Virus record (IMG/VR): IMGVR_UViG_3300037760_000125
Location: 1 to 34,946 of that record
DNA length: 34,946 nt
Origin: a virus
Taxonomy: Duplodnaviria; Caudoviricetes
Direction: 5' to 3' (one strand)
Position 1 is the stretch's first letter; every line of letters starts with the position of its first letter. A program made the position numbers and the translations under genes. Shown piece after piece: positions 1 to 9,001 of the stretch. The notes under the pieces are model-generated. The model was not told the origin of the DNA and did no database searches. It saw nothing but the letters and a program-made list of their open reading frames with translations.

Positions 1-36
1 GAGAGGCCAGGGCGACGACCAGCCAGTGCGCCGCAG

Positions 37-336
37 TCATGGCTCGGCCAGCCCGCCGTGAGCACGGTCGTGGGCACGGACCGCCACGTCGAGCGCCTGA
101 GCGGCCTCACGTGCCGTGTCGCACCGCATCGACGGCTCCCACATCGGCGGGCCGATCACCCACCACCCCGCCCGGCGCGACCTCGTCGGCTCGGCACGGC
201 GACGTTCGATCAGCGCGGCACGGCCGCCGCGGGTGAGGGGCATCCCGAGCGGCGTCAGCGGCACATACCGCCCTGGACCTCTGGACTGGAAGATGCGGCG
301 GGTACCGAACCGGCGATGTAACCGCCGCTCGGTCAC
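37..336 (-). CDS. Hypothetical protein
   Basis: GTG at 336 overlaps the upstream TGA (GTGA) and has GAGG upstream; stop overlaps the next ATG at 40. Confidence 0.55.
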   Translation of the reverse strand: MTERRLHRRFGTRRIFQSRGPGRYVPLTPLGMPLTRGGRAALIERRRAEPTRSRRAGWWVIGPPMWEPSMRCDTAREAAQALDVAVRAHDRAHGGLAEP

Positions 337-596
337 GTCGTGTCCTCGTCGACCCGTACCGCAGTGCCCGGAGGCCACGGGAGGATGATCGGGCCGGGCA
401 GGCAAGACCCGTCGATGCCGACGTCGACGGTCTCGCCTCGCCAGCGGGGCTCGCGGTCCGGCTGGGCGATGTAGCGACGCAGCGCGACACGGATGACGGC
501 AGCCATCGACCGGTCTTCCTGTTCGGCTCGTTCCTTGACCGCGGCGTGCAGGTCGGCGGGGATGCGAACGACGAGGTCGACGGTGTCGTCATCCAT
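333..596 (-). CDS. Ribbon-helix-helix (Arc/CopG-like) DNA-binding protein
   Basis: VDLVVRIPADLHAAVKERAEQEDRSMAAVIRVALRRY is a typical RHH pattern; ATG at 596. Confidence 0.85.
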   Translation of the reverse strand: MDDDTVDLVVRIPADLHAAVKERAEQEDRSMAAVIRVALRRYIAQPDREPRWRGETVDVGIDGSCLPGPIILPWPPGTAVRVDEDTT

Positions 597-888
597 CGGC
601 CGGGTCCTCGGTGACGGCGACCACCTGCACACGGGCGTCTAGGTGCTCGACGTACTCAGCCTCCGGCACCTGGATGGTCAGCTCGACCACGCCGGTCACC
701 ATGTGGACCGCATCGAGCAGCGTGCCCTCTGCGAGCACGGTGGCCGGTCGGGTGGACCACAACGCCATCACGGCGTCGGCCATGACGTCGAGGTCATACT
801 CGTCCCAGTCGGTCCAGGTGTCGGCCAGTGCCTTGCGCACCTGCTCGCGTGTGGGTGGTTCCTCGGGCATCCCAGGCTGGTCACCCAT
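589..888 (-). CDS. Hypothetical protein
   Basis: ORF overlaps both neighbours; GGAGG RBS. Confidence 0.75.
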   Translation of the reverse strand: MGDQPGMPEEPPTREQVRKALADTWTDWDEYDLDVMADAVMALWSTRPATVLAEGTLLDAVHMVTGVVELTIQVPEAEYVEHLDARVQVVAVTEDPADG

Positions 889-1666
889 CTGTCGCCTCCG
901 GGTACTTCGGTTCGCCGGCCAGCAGGAGCATCACGGCGTTCGCGATGCGGTTGACCTGCGTGTAGCTGAACGGCTCGTTGGCGTCACGCAGCGCCGCGTT
1001 GACCTGGTGGCGCACCTGCTCGCGTGTGGGGCCGGGTGTTGGCGGCGGAGAACCAGCCGCAGCCCGCACGTGGGTGGAGTCGGTAGCGCAGGCGCCGCAG
1101 CAGCCCGCCATGCCCTTGCTGGCCACGAGGTGGGCGCAGACCTTCGGGTCGGTTCCGCACTCAGTACAGGGCGTACGCTGGTCGGGGTTACGAGGCTCTG
1201 CCCGGTCCCCCGGTCCCGGCCGGGGGACCACCGGTTGCGCCGCAGCCCGCAGACGCTCGGCCTGCGCCCTGAGCGCTTCGACCTCGGCCCGTTCCCTCGA
1301 CAGCGCAGCCCGCAGACGCTCGACCTCGGCGAGCAGACCGGGCAGGGCGTCGCAGGCGGCCTTGACGGCGTCCCGGTGGCGTCGTGCTGGGCCGTAGCCA
1401 ATCGAGCGCCACTGCTGTTCAGCGAGGACATCGGCATGCCGTCGCAGCTCGGTTAGGTCGTCATCGGTCCGCTCGATGGTTCGCAGCTCGGCCTCGGCCT
1501 GCTGCCCTCGGCGCATGATCGCCCGGAGCCGGTCGTACTCGCCGATGAGCCACTCGAAGTCCTCACGCAGCGGGCGGGTGGCGTCGTCGAGGGCTGCGTT
1601 CAGCCTCGCCCAACGTCCTCGCTCCGGTCGGTCGTCGTCGGTGGGCTCGTCGGGTGCACCCATCAC
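881..1666 (-). CDS. Hypothetical coiled-coil protein with Cys-rich segment
   Basis: LLAEVERLRAAL heptads; CTECG...C...CCGAC; coupled start. Confidence 0.75.
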   Translation of the reverse strand: MMGAPDEPTDDDRPERGRWARLNAALDDATRPLREDFEWLIGEYDRLRAIMRRGQQAEAELRTIERTDDDLTELRRHADVLAEQQWRSIGYGPARRHRDAVKAACDALPGLLAEVERLRAALSRERAEVEALRAQAERLRAAAQPVVPRPGPGDRAEPRNPDQRTPCTECGTDPKVCAHLVASKGMAGCCGACATDSTHVRAAAGSPPPTPGPTREQVRHQVNAALRDANEPFSYTQVNRIANAVMLLLAGEPKYPEATDG

Positions 1667-2250
1667 GAACCGCCTTCGATGCGATCGAACACGATGTCGA
1701 CCCGCCAGACGTGGCCGTCGTCGGATCGCAGCTCAAACCACCGGCCTCGGTGGCGTTCCCGGACCGGGGTCTGGTCGAAACGGCGGTACGTGGCCTCGCG
1801 GAGCAGGTCGGTCAGGGTCTCGGTCAACTTGTCCTCGCGGCCGATCAGACCAGGCTTGCGCTCGTCGGTTCCCTGTGGGTCGGGAACCGGACCGTCAGCG
1901 AGCCGGCGCAGGAAATCGGCCATGTCGCCCACGAGCGCCCACGGCGCAGGCGTGCCTTCGACCGACTCGACCCAGGCGTCGACCCGTTCGAGCAGCGCTG
2001 TGACGGTCATCCGCTCGCCCGCGTTCAACCGGTGCGGCGGCTCGGTGGCCGCGGCCAGAGCAGCACGCAGGGCGTCACGAGCATCGGTGTATGCCTGTCG
2101 AGCGGCGATCGTCCGGTCGAGGCAGGCGGTGCGCGAGTCGAAGTCGTAGTTCGTCTCGGAGGCTTCCTCATACTCCCGATCGAGCGCGTGCATCTCGTCT
2201 TCGGCATCGAGGTACGCCTGGGCGGCGGTGTGCAGGTCGGCGTCACCCAT
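1663..2250 (-). CDS. Hypothetical protein
   Basis: ATG at 2250 (MGDADLH...) with GAGGGG RBS; the longer ORF-track start overlaps another gene. Confidence 0.7.
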   Translation of the reverse strand: MGDADLHTAAQAYLDAEDEMHALDREYEEASETNYDFDSRTACLDRTIAARQAYTDARDALRAALAAATEPPHRLNAGERMTVTALLERVDAWVESVEGTPAPWALVGDMADFLRRLADGPVPDPQGTDERKPGLIGREDKLTETLTDLLREATYRRFDQTPVRERHRGRWFELRSDDGHVWRVDIVFDRIEGGS

Positions 2251-2461
2251 CGTCGTCCCCCTCGTCGAACTCGTCGCAGGGGCAGACGCCACAGCGCCAC
2301 TCGCCTCGCCCATCCAGCGCATCACCGTGCTCATCGAGCATGTGGCCGCACACGCACGACGGGTTGCCGATGTGGAGCTGACCGCGCTTCGTCTGGCGCT
2401 CTCCGTCTGTGGGGTCGCTGGGCGCGGGCGGGCCGTGCCCGCTGTCATCGGTGGTGGTCAT
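2243..2461 (-). CDS. Small Zn-binding protein (CxCxH...H...CxxCxC)
   Basis: SCVCGHMLDEH...RCGVCPCDEF; ATG 7 nt downstream of a TACCAT -10 box. Confidence 0.75.
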   Translation of the reverse strand: MTTTDDSGHGPPAPSDPTDGERQTKRGQLHIGNPSCVCGHMLDEHGDALDGRGEWRCGVCPCDEFDEGDDDG

Positions 2462-2470
2462 ACCCCCGAT

Positions 2471-2484
2471 GGTAGCGCACTACC
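2471..2484 (-). promoter_or_regulatory. GGTAG-N4-CTACC palindrome / -10 element
   Basis: GGTAGCGCACTACC; minus-strand TACCAT-7nt-ATG(2461); contains the stop codon of the protease gene. Confidence 0.8.
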
Positions 2485-4015
2485 GGCGGAGGCGTTCCCT
2501 CGCACGAGCCGTGCCCGCGGCACGCAACGCAGCCCGGGCCGGAGCAGCGACCGTGCGCTGCAGGTCGGCGACCTGTGCCGTCAACCGCTCGACGGCGGGC
2601 GCCATCTCGGCCACACCGCCGCTCATCGTTGACCTGTCGAGCGCACCGGCGGCGACGATCGCCAGCGGCCGGCCACGCCGGTCGAACCGTGCGACCGGGT
2701 AGCCCGGATGGTTGACCTGGTGCACAGCGATCAGCTCCGACCCTCCACCCGACCCGCGCCAGTCACCCGAGGGGACGCTGCCACGGATCGCCCGGAGCTG
2801 CGACGGCGACAGGCCCGGCCGGGCGGCGCCGCACGCCCACCCACCGAACCGGCCCTCGACGACCCGCACATCAGCCCACGCGGTGGCTGTGTCGTCGTAG
2901 TGCTCGCGGGCGGGGACGATCCCGAGGGTCTCATCTGCGTGGCCGCCGCCGATCGTCAGCACCCCTGTGGCCACCCTGTCGCCCTCAGCGGTCACGGTGT
3001 AGCCGGTGTGGAACCAGGGCAGCCCCGGGCTGGAGCGGGGCGCACGGAGGCACTGACCGGCCTGTGACGACGTGTGGCAGGCACCCGACCAGACGTGCCC
3101 GTAGACCTGGCCGTCGTCGCCGACGTGCAGCGGGGTGTGCTGGTCCGGCTCGGGCATCTCGAACCAGGCGGCCGGCGGTTCCGTGTCCAGGGGCTGGTCG
3201 CTCAGCGCACGGGCGACGCTGCGGCCAGCAGCGGCGACCAGTGTGCGCTGCAGGTCGGCGACGACGATCGGGTCGACCGGGGTCTCTCCGCTCGTGACCG
3301 TGATCCGCTCACGGCCGGCCGGCGCCGAACTGGCGGCGACCGGCTCAGGCTCGACCGCGTCCGCGGTATCAAAACCGGCATCTTCTCCGGCCCCCGCGTC
3401 GTCTAGGCCCATCCGGGCCCGGTCGAACGCCGGCATGTCGACGATCGTCGCGCCACGGCCACGGGCCGACACGAGCCGTTCGAGGATCTCGTCGGCGGCG
3501 AACACCCACCAGATATCACCATCGTCGACGTCCGGGTCACCCGCCGCCGCGGTCACGGCGTTGGGACGGAGCTGCGAGCGCAACGGCGACGCGCCGAGCC
3601 GGAACGTGTAGGTGTCGAACCGGGCCAACGCCCGGCGGGCGGCGGCCATGCGCTCGTCGTCGATCGGTTCGCCGTGCTCGTCGAACAGCGTGTCGACGAT
3701 CTCGACCACCACGTCGTCGAGGTCGAGGCTGACGCCCATCGGGACACCGGAGTCGATGAGCTGGATCGCGGCGGCGCCGCCGGGGATGGCGTCGTCGACC
3801 CATCCCGATGACAGGAGGTTCTCGCCCTCGATCCGCTGCGACGTGATCGCCCCAGCTGTCACGGCGCCGAGGTGCATCCCCCAGTCTTCCGACGCGAGGC
3901 GCAGCGGCTGGTCACCGGTCGGGAAGCGGAGGGCGTCGGGGGTGATCAGGCGGCCGTCGCCGGTCTGGACGCCGACCTGGGCGAACACCCGGTCTGTGAA
4001 CGTGCGTCGTGCCAT
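2480..4015 (-). CDS. Capsid maturation protease (actinophage type)
   Basis: Immediately after portal; motifs TGDGR, GQVYGH...CH...C, GHA...EHYD, SGDWR...ELIAV...VNHPGYPV recalled from actinophage head proteases. Confidence 0.7.
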   Translation of the reverse strand: MARRTFTDRVFAQVGVQTGDGRLITPDALRFPTGDQPLRLASEDWGMHLGAVTAGAITSQRIEGENLLSSGWVDDAIPGGAAAIQLIDSGVPMGVSLDLDDVVVEIVDTLFDEHGEPIDDERMAAARRALARFDTYTFRLGASPLRSQLRPNAVTAAAGDPDVDDGDIWWVFAADEILERLVSARGRGATIVDMPAFDRARMGLDDAGAGEDAGFDTADAVEPEPVAASSAPAGRERITVTSGETPVDPIVVADLQRTLVAAAGRSVARALSDQPLDTEPPAAWFEMPEPDQHTPLHVGDDGQVYGHVWSGACHTSSQAGQCLRAPRSSPGLPWFHTGYTVTAEGDRVATGVLTIGGGHADETLGIVPAREHYDDTATAWADVRVVEGRFGGWACGAARPGLSPSQLRAIRGSVPSGDWRGSGGGSELIAVHQVNHPGYPVARFDRRGRPLAIVAAGALDRSTMSGGVAEMAPAVERLTAQVADLQRTVAAPARAALRAAGTARARERLRR

Positions 4016-4021
4016 CGTTGG

Positions 4022-6613
4022 TCAACCCTCCGTGATCGGTGCGAGCACCGCGGTTGTGGAGCACGTACAGCCGACGTGATCTCCTGGGAACAGGTGCGAG
4101 AACGGCGGGAACGCCCCCGTGTTGAGCAGGGCGTCAGCGCCCCAGTCGGAGAACCTGGTGCCGGCGAGCGCCGAGTGCGCTGGCAGCGGGTTCGAGGGGA
4201 TCCCGTGGTGCCATTCCCACGCGGAGACCGTGTACCCGGCGATCCGCAGGGCCCGGGTGGTGTTGGGGCCGGTGGCGATCCCGCCGACGGACTGGCCGGG
4301 GCCGATCTCGCTGGCGAGGCCGAACGGCTGGCCCCCCGGGTTCCCGATGCCGCCGGTGGTGGCGATGGCGTTGCGGACGATCCCGGCGGGGACACGGACC
4401 AGAGCGTCCGACTCGCCCTCGGGGGTCAGTGCCGACGGGTCGAGGGTCCGCGCGACGGCCAGGCCAACCAGCGCGGAGAGCAGCGTCGACCAGCCAGCTG
4501 TCGATCGTGCCTCCTGCGCGGCGGTGACCTCAGTCGTGATCCGGTCGGCCGTCGCCTCGTCGGCGTCGGGGGTCGCCCTCACGACCGCGTCGGCTGTCGC
4601 TGCGAACGCGGCGGGGACCCACACCGCCCACCGGTCACCGAGCCCACCGAACTGATCAGCGGCGAGGGGTTCGATGTCGGGGACAGGGAGCCCAGCGGCG
4701 AGCAACGCCGCGGCGACCTGATCGGCGGGGACACCCTTCACAGCCTGGGCGGCGGCGGGGTTGCCCTGCGCCTGGGTGCGCAACCGGTTCCCGATCACCC
4801 GTAGCGCCTCCGTGAGCGTGTCGCTGGCGGAGAGCAGCAGCCGGGACATCAGCTCCCGGTCGATCGACCCGAGCCGCTCACCCAACGCCGGGGCCATCGA
4901 CTGGCGCTCAGCGAACCGGGCCGACCGGTCGACGGGCGGTGACAGCTGCCGGCCGACCAGGCCCGGCGCCGACCTCGACGTCCGGGCGCTGCGTAAGCGG
5001 GCCCGGGCCTGGGCCAGCGCGTCGTCGGACGCGCCGAGCACACCGGCGATACCGACCCGCGCCGCGGGCGCGGACTGCTCGGGCTCGTCGTCGGGGATCG
5101 GCTGATCACCACCGGCCGGCGCCGGCTCCGGTGCCGCAGCGGCGGCGGCTTCGGCCTGGGCCTCGGCGACCTCGCCCATCCCGGCGATCGCGTCGGGGAA
5201 CAGGCCGGTCTCTTCCAGCATCGGAGCGGTGATGGTCGCGGCGCCGATCGAGCGGGTGAGGGCGAGGCGGAGCAGCATCTCGTCCTCGTCGGGGGCCTCG
5301 TCCTCCCCGAAGTTCAGGTGGTCACGCAGCGCAGCCCACGAGATCCCCCACCGGTCGAACGCGTCGAGGGCGTCCTTCGCCCGGTTGGGGCGGACGACCA
5401 GCGCAGCGGGGTTGATCGCCACCGTCAGCTTCCGGATGAACGGGATCGCAGCGGGGCCGAACAGGTCGAGCAGCCCCGGGCGCAGCAGCTCCGTGGTGAG
5501 CGCCGTCGCGAACACCAGGGCGTCCGGTTCGATGTGAGATTTATAGGTGGAATCTTCGATTTGCCATGCAGTCCAGTGATTTACGTCCGCAATTCCCGTG
5601 ATTATTTCGACGGGAACGTCCAGGCCATGGGCTAGACGCTTGACAAGGAACGAGATTCTTTCGATTGCTTTCTCGTCTATTTTTCGCGAAAGGTCGATTG
5701 TGAAGATCGCATCCTTGGCTGGGACTGCGTTTTGTCCTCTCCCGAAGGCTGCGGGGCCTCGGATCATGTTGGGGGCTGCGGCGCTGACGGCGGCGTCGTC
5801 GGTGATCGCGGCGACGAGGCTGGTGATGAGGTTGGTTTCCCAGAGGGTGGGTTTGCCGTCGGTGTTGGGGGGGTCGCCCATCTCGTTGGCGACGTACAGG
5901 AGGGGTGCGCTGGTTCTGCTCTTGCCGACGGCGCGCATCTGCCGGGCGTAGATGAGGATCTCTTCGGCGGTGCCGAGCACGGCACGCATGTTGGCGTCGG
6001 CGAGGTCGGGCCAGCGGGGGTGGGGGCGCCAGACGCGGATGACGGCGGCTTGGTCGAGGTTCTCGGGGGTGCCGCCGGGGCGGGTGCGGATCGCTACGGC
6101 CTGGCCTGTGGTCCCGCGGACCATGTTCGACTCGGAGAACAGGCGCCACGTCTCGCCGGTGTCGGCCAGCTCAGCGGTCTGGCCGACTAGGTAGGACTCG
6201 CCGGACACGGTGGCGATGCCGCCCCACTGGCCGAGCAGCTCCGACTGCTGGTCCTGCGACCCGAGGCGATCCAGTTCGGCGGCCGCTGCGGTGGCGATCT
6301 CGGCGGGGATGTCGCCGGCTTCGGCTGCGTCCTCGACCGGGATCGGTGCCTGGCCGGGGTCGGTGACGAACCCGGCGTAGAGGAGCAGGCGGCGCATGAG
6401 GGCGCCACGGAAGTTGGCGGCGAACTTGACCTCTTCGATCTCGTCGGCGTATTCCCACGCCTCTTTCTGCCAGGCGTTGCTGCCGGCGGTGGCGCGGCGG
6501 CGGGCGACGTCGTCGGTCAGGTCAAGGCGCCGGGCGGCGAAGGCGTCGGTCCCCTGGGTGGCGGTTCGGCGGAAGTCTTCGACGACGGCCAGGCCGGAGG
6601 GGAGTTCACGCAC
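4022..6613 (-). CDS. Portal protein fused to a C-terminal MuF-like domain
   Basis: WQKEAWEY, RVWRPHPR and NHWTAWQI portal motifs; C-terminal WEWHH...H...FPGDHVGCTC MuF-like signature. Confidence 0.8.
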   Translation of the reverse strand: MRELPSGLAVVEDFRRTATQGTDAFAARRLDLTDDVARRRATAGSNAWQKEAWEYADEIEEVKFAANFRGALMRRLLLYAGFVTDPGQAPIPVEDAAEAGDIPAEIATAAAAELDRLGSQDQQSELLGQWGGIATVSGESYLVGQTAELADTGETWRLFSESNMVRGTTGQAVAIRTRPGGTPENLDQAAVIRVWRPHPRWPDLADANMRAVLGTAEEILIYARQMRAVGKSRTSAPLLYVANEMGDPPNTDGKPTLWETNLITSLVAAITDDAAVSAAAPNMIRGPAAFGRGQNAVPAKDAIFTIDLSRKIDEKAIERISFLVKRLAHGLDVPVEIITGIADVNHWTAWQIEDSTYKSHIEPDALVFATALTTELLRPGLLDLFGPAAIPFIRKLTVAINPAALVVRPNRAKDALDAFDRWGISWAALRDHLNFGEDEAPDEDEMLLRLALTRSIGAATITAPMLEETGLFPDAIAGMGEVAEAQAEAAAAAAPEPAPAGGDQPIPDDEPEQSAPAARVGIAGVLGASDDALAQARARLRSARTSRSAPGLVGRQLSPPVDRSARFAERQSMAPALGERLGSIDRELMSRLLLSASDTLTEALRVIGNRLRTQAQGNPAAAQAVKGVPADQVAAALLAAGLPVPDIEPLAADQFGGLGDRWAVWVPAAFAATADAVVRATPDADEATADRITTEVTAAQEARSTAGWSTLLSALVGLAVARTLDPSALTPEGESDALVRVPAGIVRNAIATTGGIGNPGGQPFGLASEIGPGQSVGGIATGPNTTRALRIAGYTVSAWEWHHGIPSNPLPAHSALAGTRFSDWGADALLNTGAFPPFSHLFPGDHVGCTCSTTAVLAPITEG

Positions 6614-6668
6614 GTGGCGCAGGTTACTCCCGTGCCTGTTCGTGGTCGCTGGTCACCGCTCGTACGCG

Positions 6669-6711
6669 GCAGCGCCGCCCGGGCCGCTGGGGAACGGCGG
6701 GGCGGCGCTGC
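6669..6711 (-). other. GC-rich stem-loop (terminator or sRNA element)
   Basis: GCAGCGCCGCCC ... GGGCGGCGCTGC inverted repeat in the intergenic gap upstream of portal. Confidence 0.65.
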
Positions 6712-6759
6712 TGTCGTGGTCGCACTGTTGATGTGACCAGTGCGGATGGTAGCGGGCTG

Positions 6760-7194
6760 TCAGCTGCGGGGGTTGGCGTACTGGGCCATGGCACCCGTCG
6801 CTGCGCGCATCCCCAGAGCGAGAGCAGGGACGAACCACCAGGCCCGGTCCCCGAAGCACCACGCCGACCACGCCACCGGCGCGGCGATCCAGCAACTGGC
6901 GCACCATGGGCAGCGCAACAGATACATGAGGGCCGCCCGCTTCGACATCGGAATCTCGTCGACGAGCTGCTGGCGGGCGTCGTGGACGTGGTCGAGCAGG
7001 TCGTCGAGCGACTCGGCCCACATCTCGCACGCGCACTCGTAGATCCCCGAGGCGCCCCTCGGGCCGGCGTAGCCGTGGCCGGAGATGCGGGTCAGGAGCC
7101 ACTGGCGGGGTCGGTCGGTTACCTTGTCGCACACCACCAGCAGGGTCAGGCTGTAGGTCGCCAGCGTGGCGACCACCACAGTGAGCGCGGTCAC
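6760..7194 (-). CDS. DUF1360-like membrane protein
   Basis: LATYSLTLLVVCDKVTDRPRQW and YLLRCPWCASCW motifs plus hydrophobic helices. Confidence 0.75.
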   Translation of the reverse strand: MTALTVVVATLATYSLTLLVVCDKVTDRPRQWLLTRISGHGYAGPRGASGIYECACEMWAESLDDLLDHVHDARQQLVDEIPMSKRAALMYLLRCPWCASCWIAAPVAWSAWCFGDRAWWFVPALALGMRAATGAMAQYANPRS

Positions 7195-7367
7195 GTCTTG
7201 CCTTTGTTCTGGGAGCGGTCACGCAGCGACTTGTTGATGTTGCCGATCTCACGGCGGGCGTTCCGGGCGGTCTTCGCGTCGGTCTTCGGGTCATCGGCCT
7301 TGGCCTGCAGGCCCTTGCGGCGAGCGACGAGATCGCCGCCCTTGGCGTCCTTGATGCGGTCAGCCAT
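7191..7367 (-). CDS. Small basic hypothetical protein
   Basis: TGATG coupling at 7367; K/R-rich, 58 aa. Confidence 0.65.
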   Translation of the reverse strand: MADRIKDAKGGDLVARRKGLQAKADDPKTDAKTARNARREIGNINKSLRDRSQNKGKT

Positions 7368-8308
7368 CAGCACACCGCCGAAGCGTCGACGAGCGCCCGG
7401 GCGAACTCGTGGTTACCGACCGTGCCGTCCACGGTGATCGTGCCGCCGTAGTGGAGGACATCCCCGCCGGGGACCGGGCCGACGAGCCAGTCGGTGCGGC
7501 CGGCGGAGCGGGCTTCCCAGTCGAACAACACCAGGTTCGGGTACGTCCGGTCTGCGATGAGCTGGCGCAGGAACTGGTTGTAGTGGCGGGTCGCCGCAGC
7601 GAACGGGGCGCCACGAAGGTCGCCGCTCGTGGTGTTGAGGGTGAGCGCCACGACCGTGTCGGCGTCAGCGAGTTCGTTCAGCGCGGCGAGGGCGTTCCAC
7701 TCGGCCTGGGTCGCACCGACCCTCGACAGGTCGTTGGTACCCAGCTCCCAGATCACGCACTGCCCGGCGCTGACCAGCGACATAGCCGGCAGCCAGTCGA
7801 CGGCCTCGGTGCCACCTGCGGCGTTGTAGGAGACGCTCACATCGGGTTGCTGCGCCCACAGTGCGAGCGCTGGTTGGCGGGCCATCGCGCCGAGCGAGTC
7901 ACCGAACAAGACCACTCTCGTCGTGGCGGCCGGTGCCGGGTTCGAGAACGGGGCGAGGATCCGGGGCTGGGGAATGCACGCGGCGCCGGCCGCGAGGACG
8001 ACAGCGACGAGCGCTGTGAGCCCGAGTAGGCGCTGCCGGTAGTGGGGTCTTCGGGGGATGGCCATGGGTGTCTCCTGGGTGTCGTCGGGTGTGGTGATCG
8101 GGATGTGCACCCTCGGTTGAGGATCTGCGGGGGTGTGCCAGACCCGGTGGGCTGTGGTCTGGCGATGCTTGTTGAGCTGCGCGGTCAGCCGCGCGGCGCG
8201 GCGTTCGGCCCGGACCCGTCGGGTGCGTTCGTCGGCGTACATCGACCATCCGGTGACCGCCCACGCGACGAGAGCGACGATGAGCAGGGTCACGGCGACC
8301 GCGGTCAT
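7367..8308 (-). CDS. SGNH/GDSL hydrolase, membrane-anchored or lipoprotein (alternative start 8065)
   Basis: VLFGDSLG, ELGTND and DVLH blocks; LAAGAAC lipobox-like signal. Confidence 0.85.
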   Translation of the reverse strand: MTAVAVTLLIVALVAWAVTGWSMYADERTRRVRAERRAARLTAQLNKHRQTTAHRVWHTPADPQPRVHIPITTPDDTQETPMAIPRRPHYRQRLLGLTALVAVVLAAGAACIPQPRILAPFSNPAPAATTRVVLFGDSLGAMARQPALALWAQQPDVSVSYNAAGGTEAVDWLPAMSLVSAGQCVIWELGTNDLSRVGATQAEWNALAALNELADADTVVALTLNTTSGDLRGAPFAAATRHYNQFLRQLIADRTYPNLVLFDWEARSAGRTDWLVGPVPGGDVLHYGGTITVDGTVGNHEFARALVDASAVC

Positions 8309-8580
8309 GACGCACGCTCCAGGAACTTGGCCGGGCCGCGGGCTGCGCCTGCGTTGGCGTTGCGGTCCATCCGCTCGCACACGGCCCACACGGCGCCGAG
8401 CGGGTGAGCGAAGTCGGGGAGGCACGTCGAGCACCCGGCGCCGCGCACCACCGGCCCGCGCCTCATCATCAACGGCTCGCGCCCGCATTTGGTCACCTCG
8501 TGATCCGGGCGCCGCCAAACCCTGCTCGGGTAGGCGACGGTCTCGTGGATCAGGTCGTCCTCAGCGATCAGACAGAGCAC
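8305..8580 (-). CDS. Hypothetical protein (possible Zn-binding)
   Basis: GTG at 8580; H...TKCG...CSTC; ATGA overlap with the downstream gene. Confidence 0.55.
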   Translation of the reverse strand: MLCLIAEDDLIHETVAYPSRVWRRPDHEVTKCGREPLMMRRGPVVRGAGCSTCLPDFAHPLGAVWAVCERMDRNANAGAARGPAKFLERAS

Positions 8581-9001
8581 CTGTCCACCCTTCGATCTCG
8601 TCGGCCCACACAGCGTGCGCCATCGTGTGTACCCGGTGGTCCTGCGCCGGGATATCCCACAGCGCGGCGGACCGGATGGAACGCCGCCGGCGCGACCGGG
8701 CCATGCTCGCCCGAGCGGTCGCCCACGCCTGGGGGATCTGCTGGCACAGGGCGTGGGTGGCCTCTTCGCTGGCGCCGAACACGACGTGGCGCTGGCCGTG
8801 CAGCATGTCGTTCTCGTCGGCCACCTCGTCGTAGTGGTCGGCCAGCATGTGCGCCGCCCACCCCACCGCCAGCGACATCGCCGCGATGACCGCCACCACC
8901 CGGACCTCGGCATCAGGGGAGATCGCGGCGGTGATCCCGGCCGCCCCGGCGGCGAGCCACAGCACCGAGTTCGTCACCGCCCAGGGGAGCCGGGTCAGCA
9001 C
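8561..9001 (-). CDS. Membrane protein (2 TM)
   Basis: Two N-terminal hydrophobic helices. Confidence 0.65.
   Translation of the reverse strand: MLTRLPWAVTNSVLWLAAGAAGITAAISPDAEVRVVAVIAAMSLAVGWAAHMLADHYDEVADENDMLHGQRHVVFGASEEATHALCQQIPQAWATARASMARSRRRRSIRSAALWDIPAQDHRVHTMAHAVWADEIEGWTGALSDR

Noticed and set aside
5640-5670. TTGACA as a + strand sigma70 promoter in the AT island
   Set aside because: No TANNNT at 16-18 nt spacing
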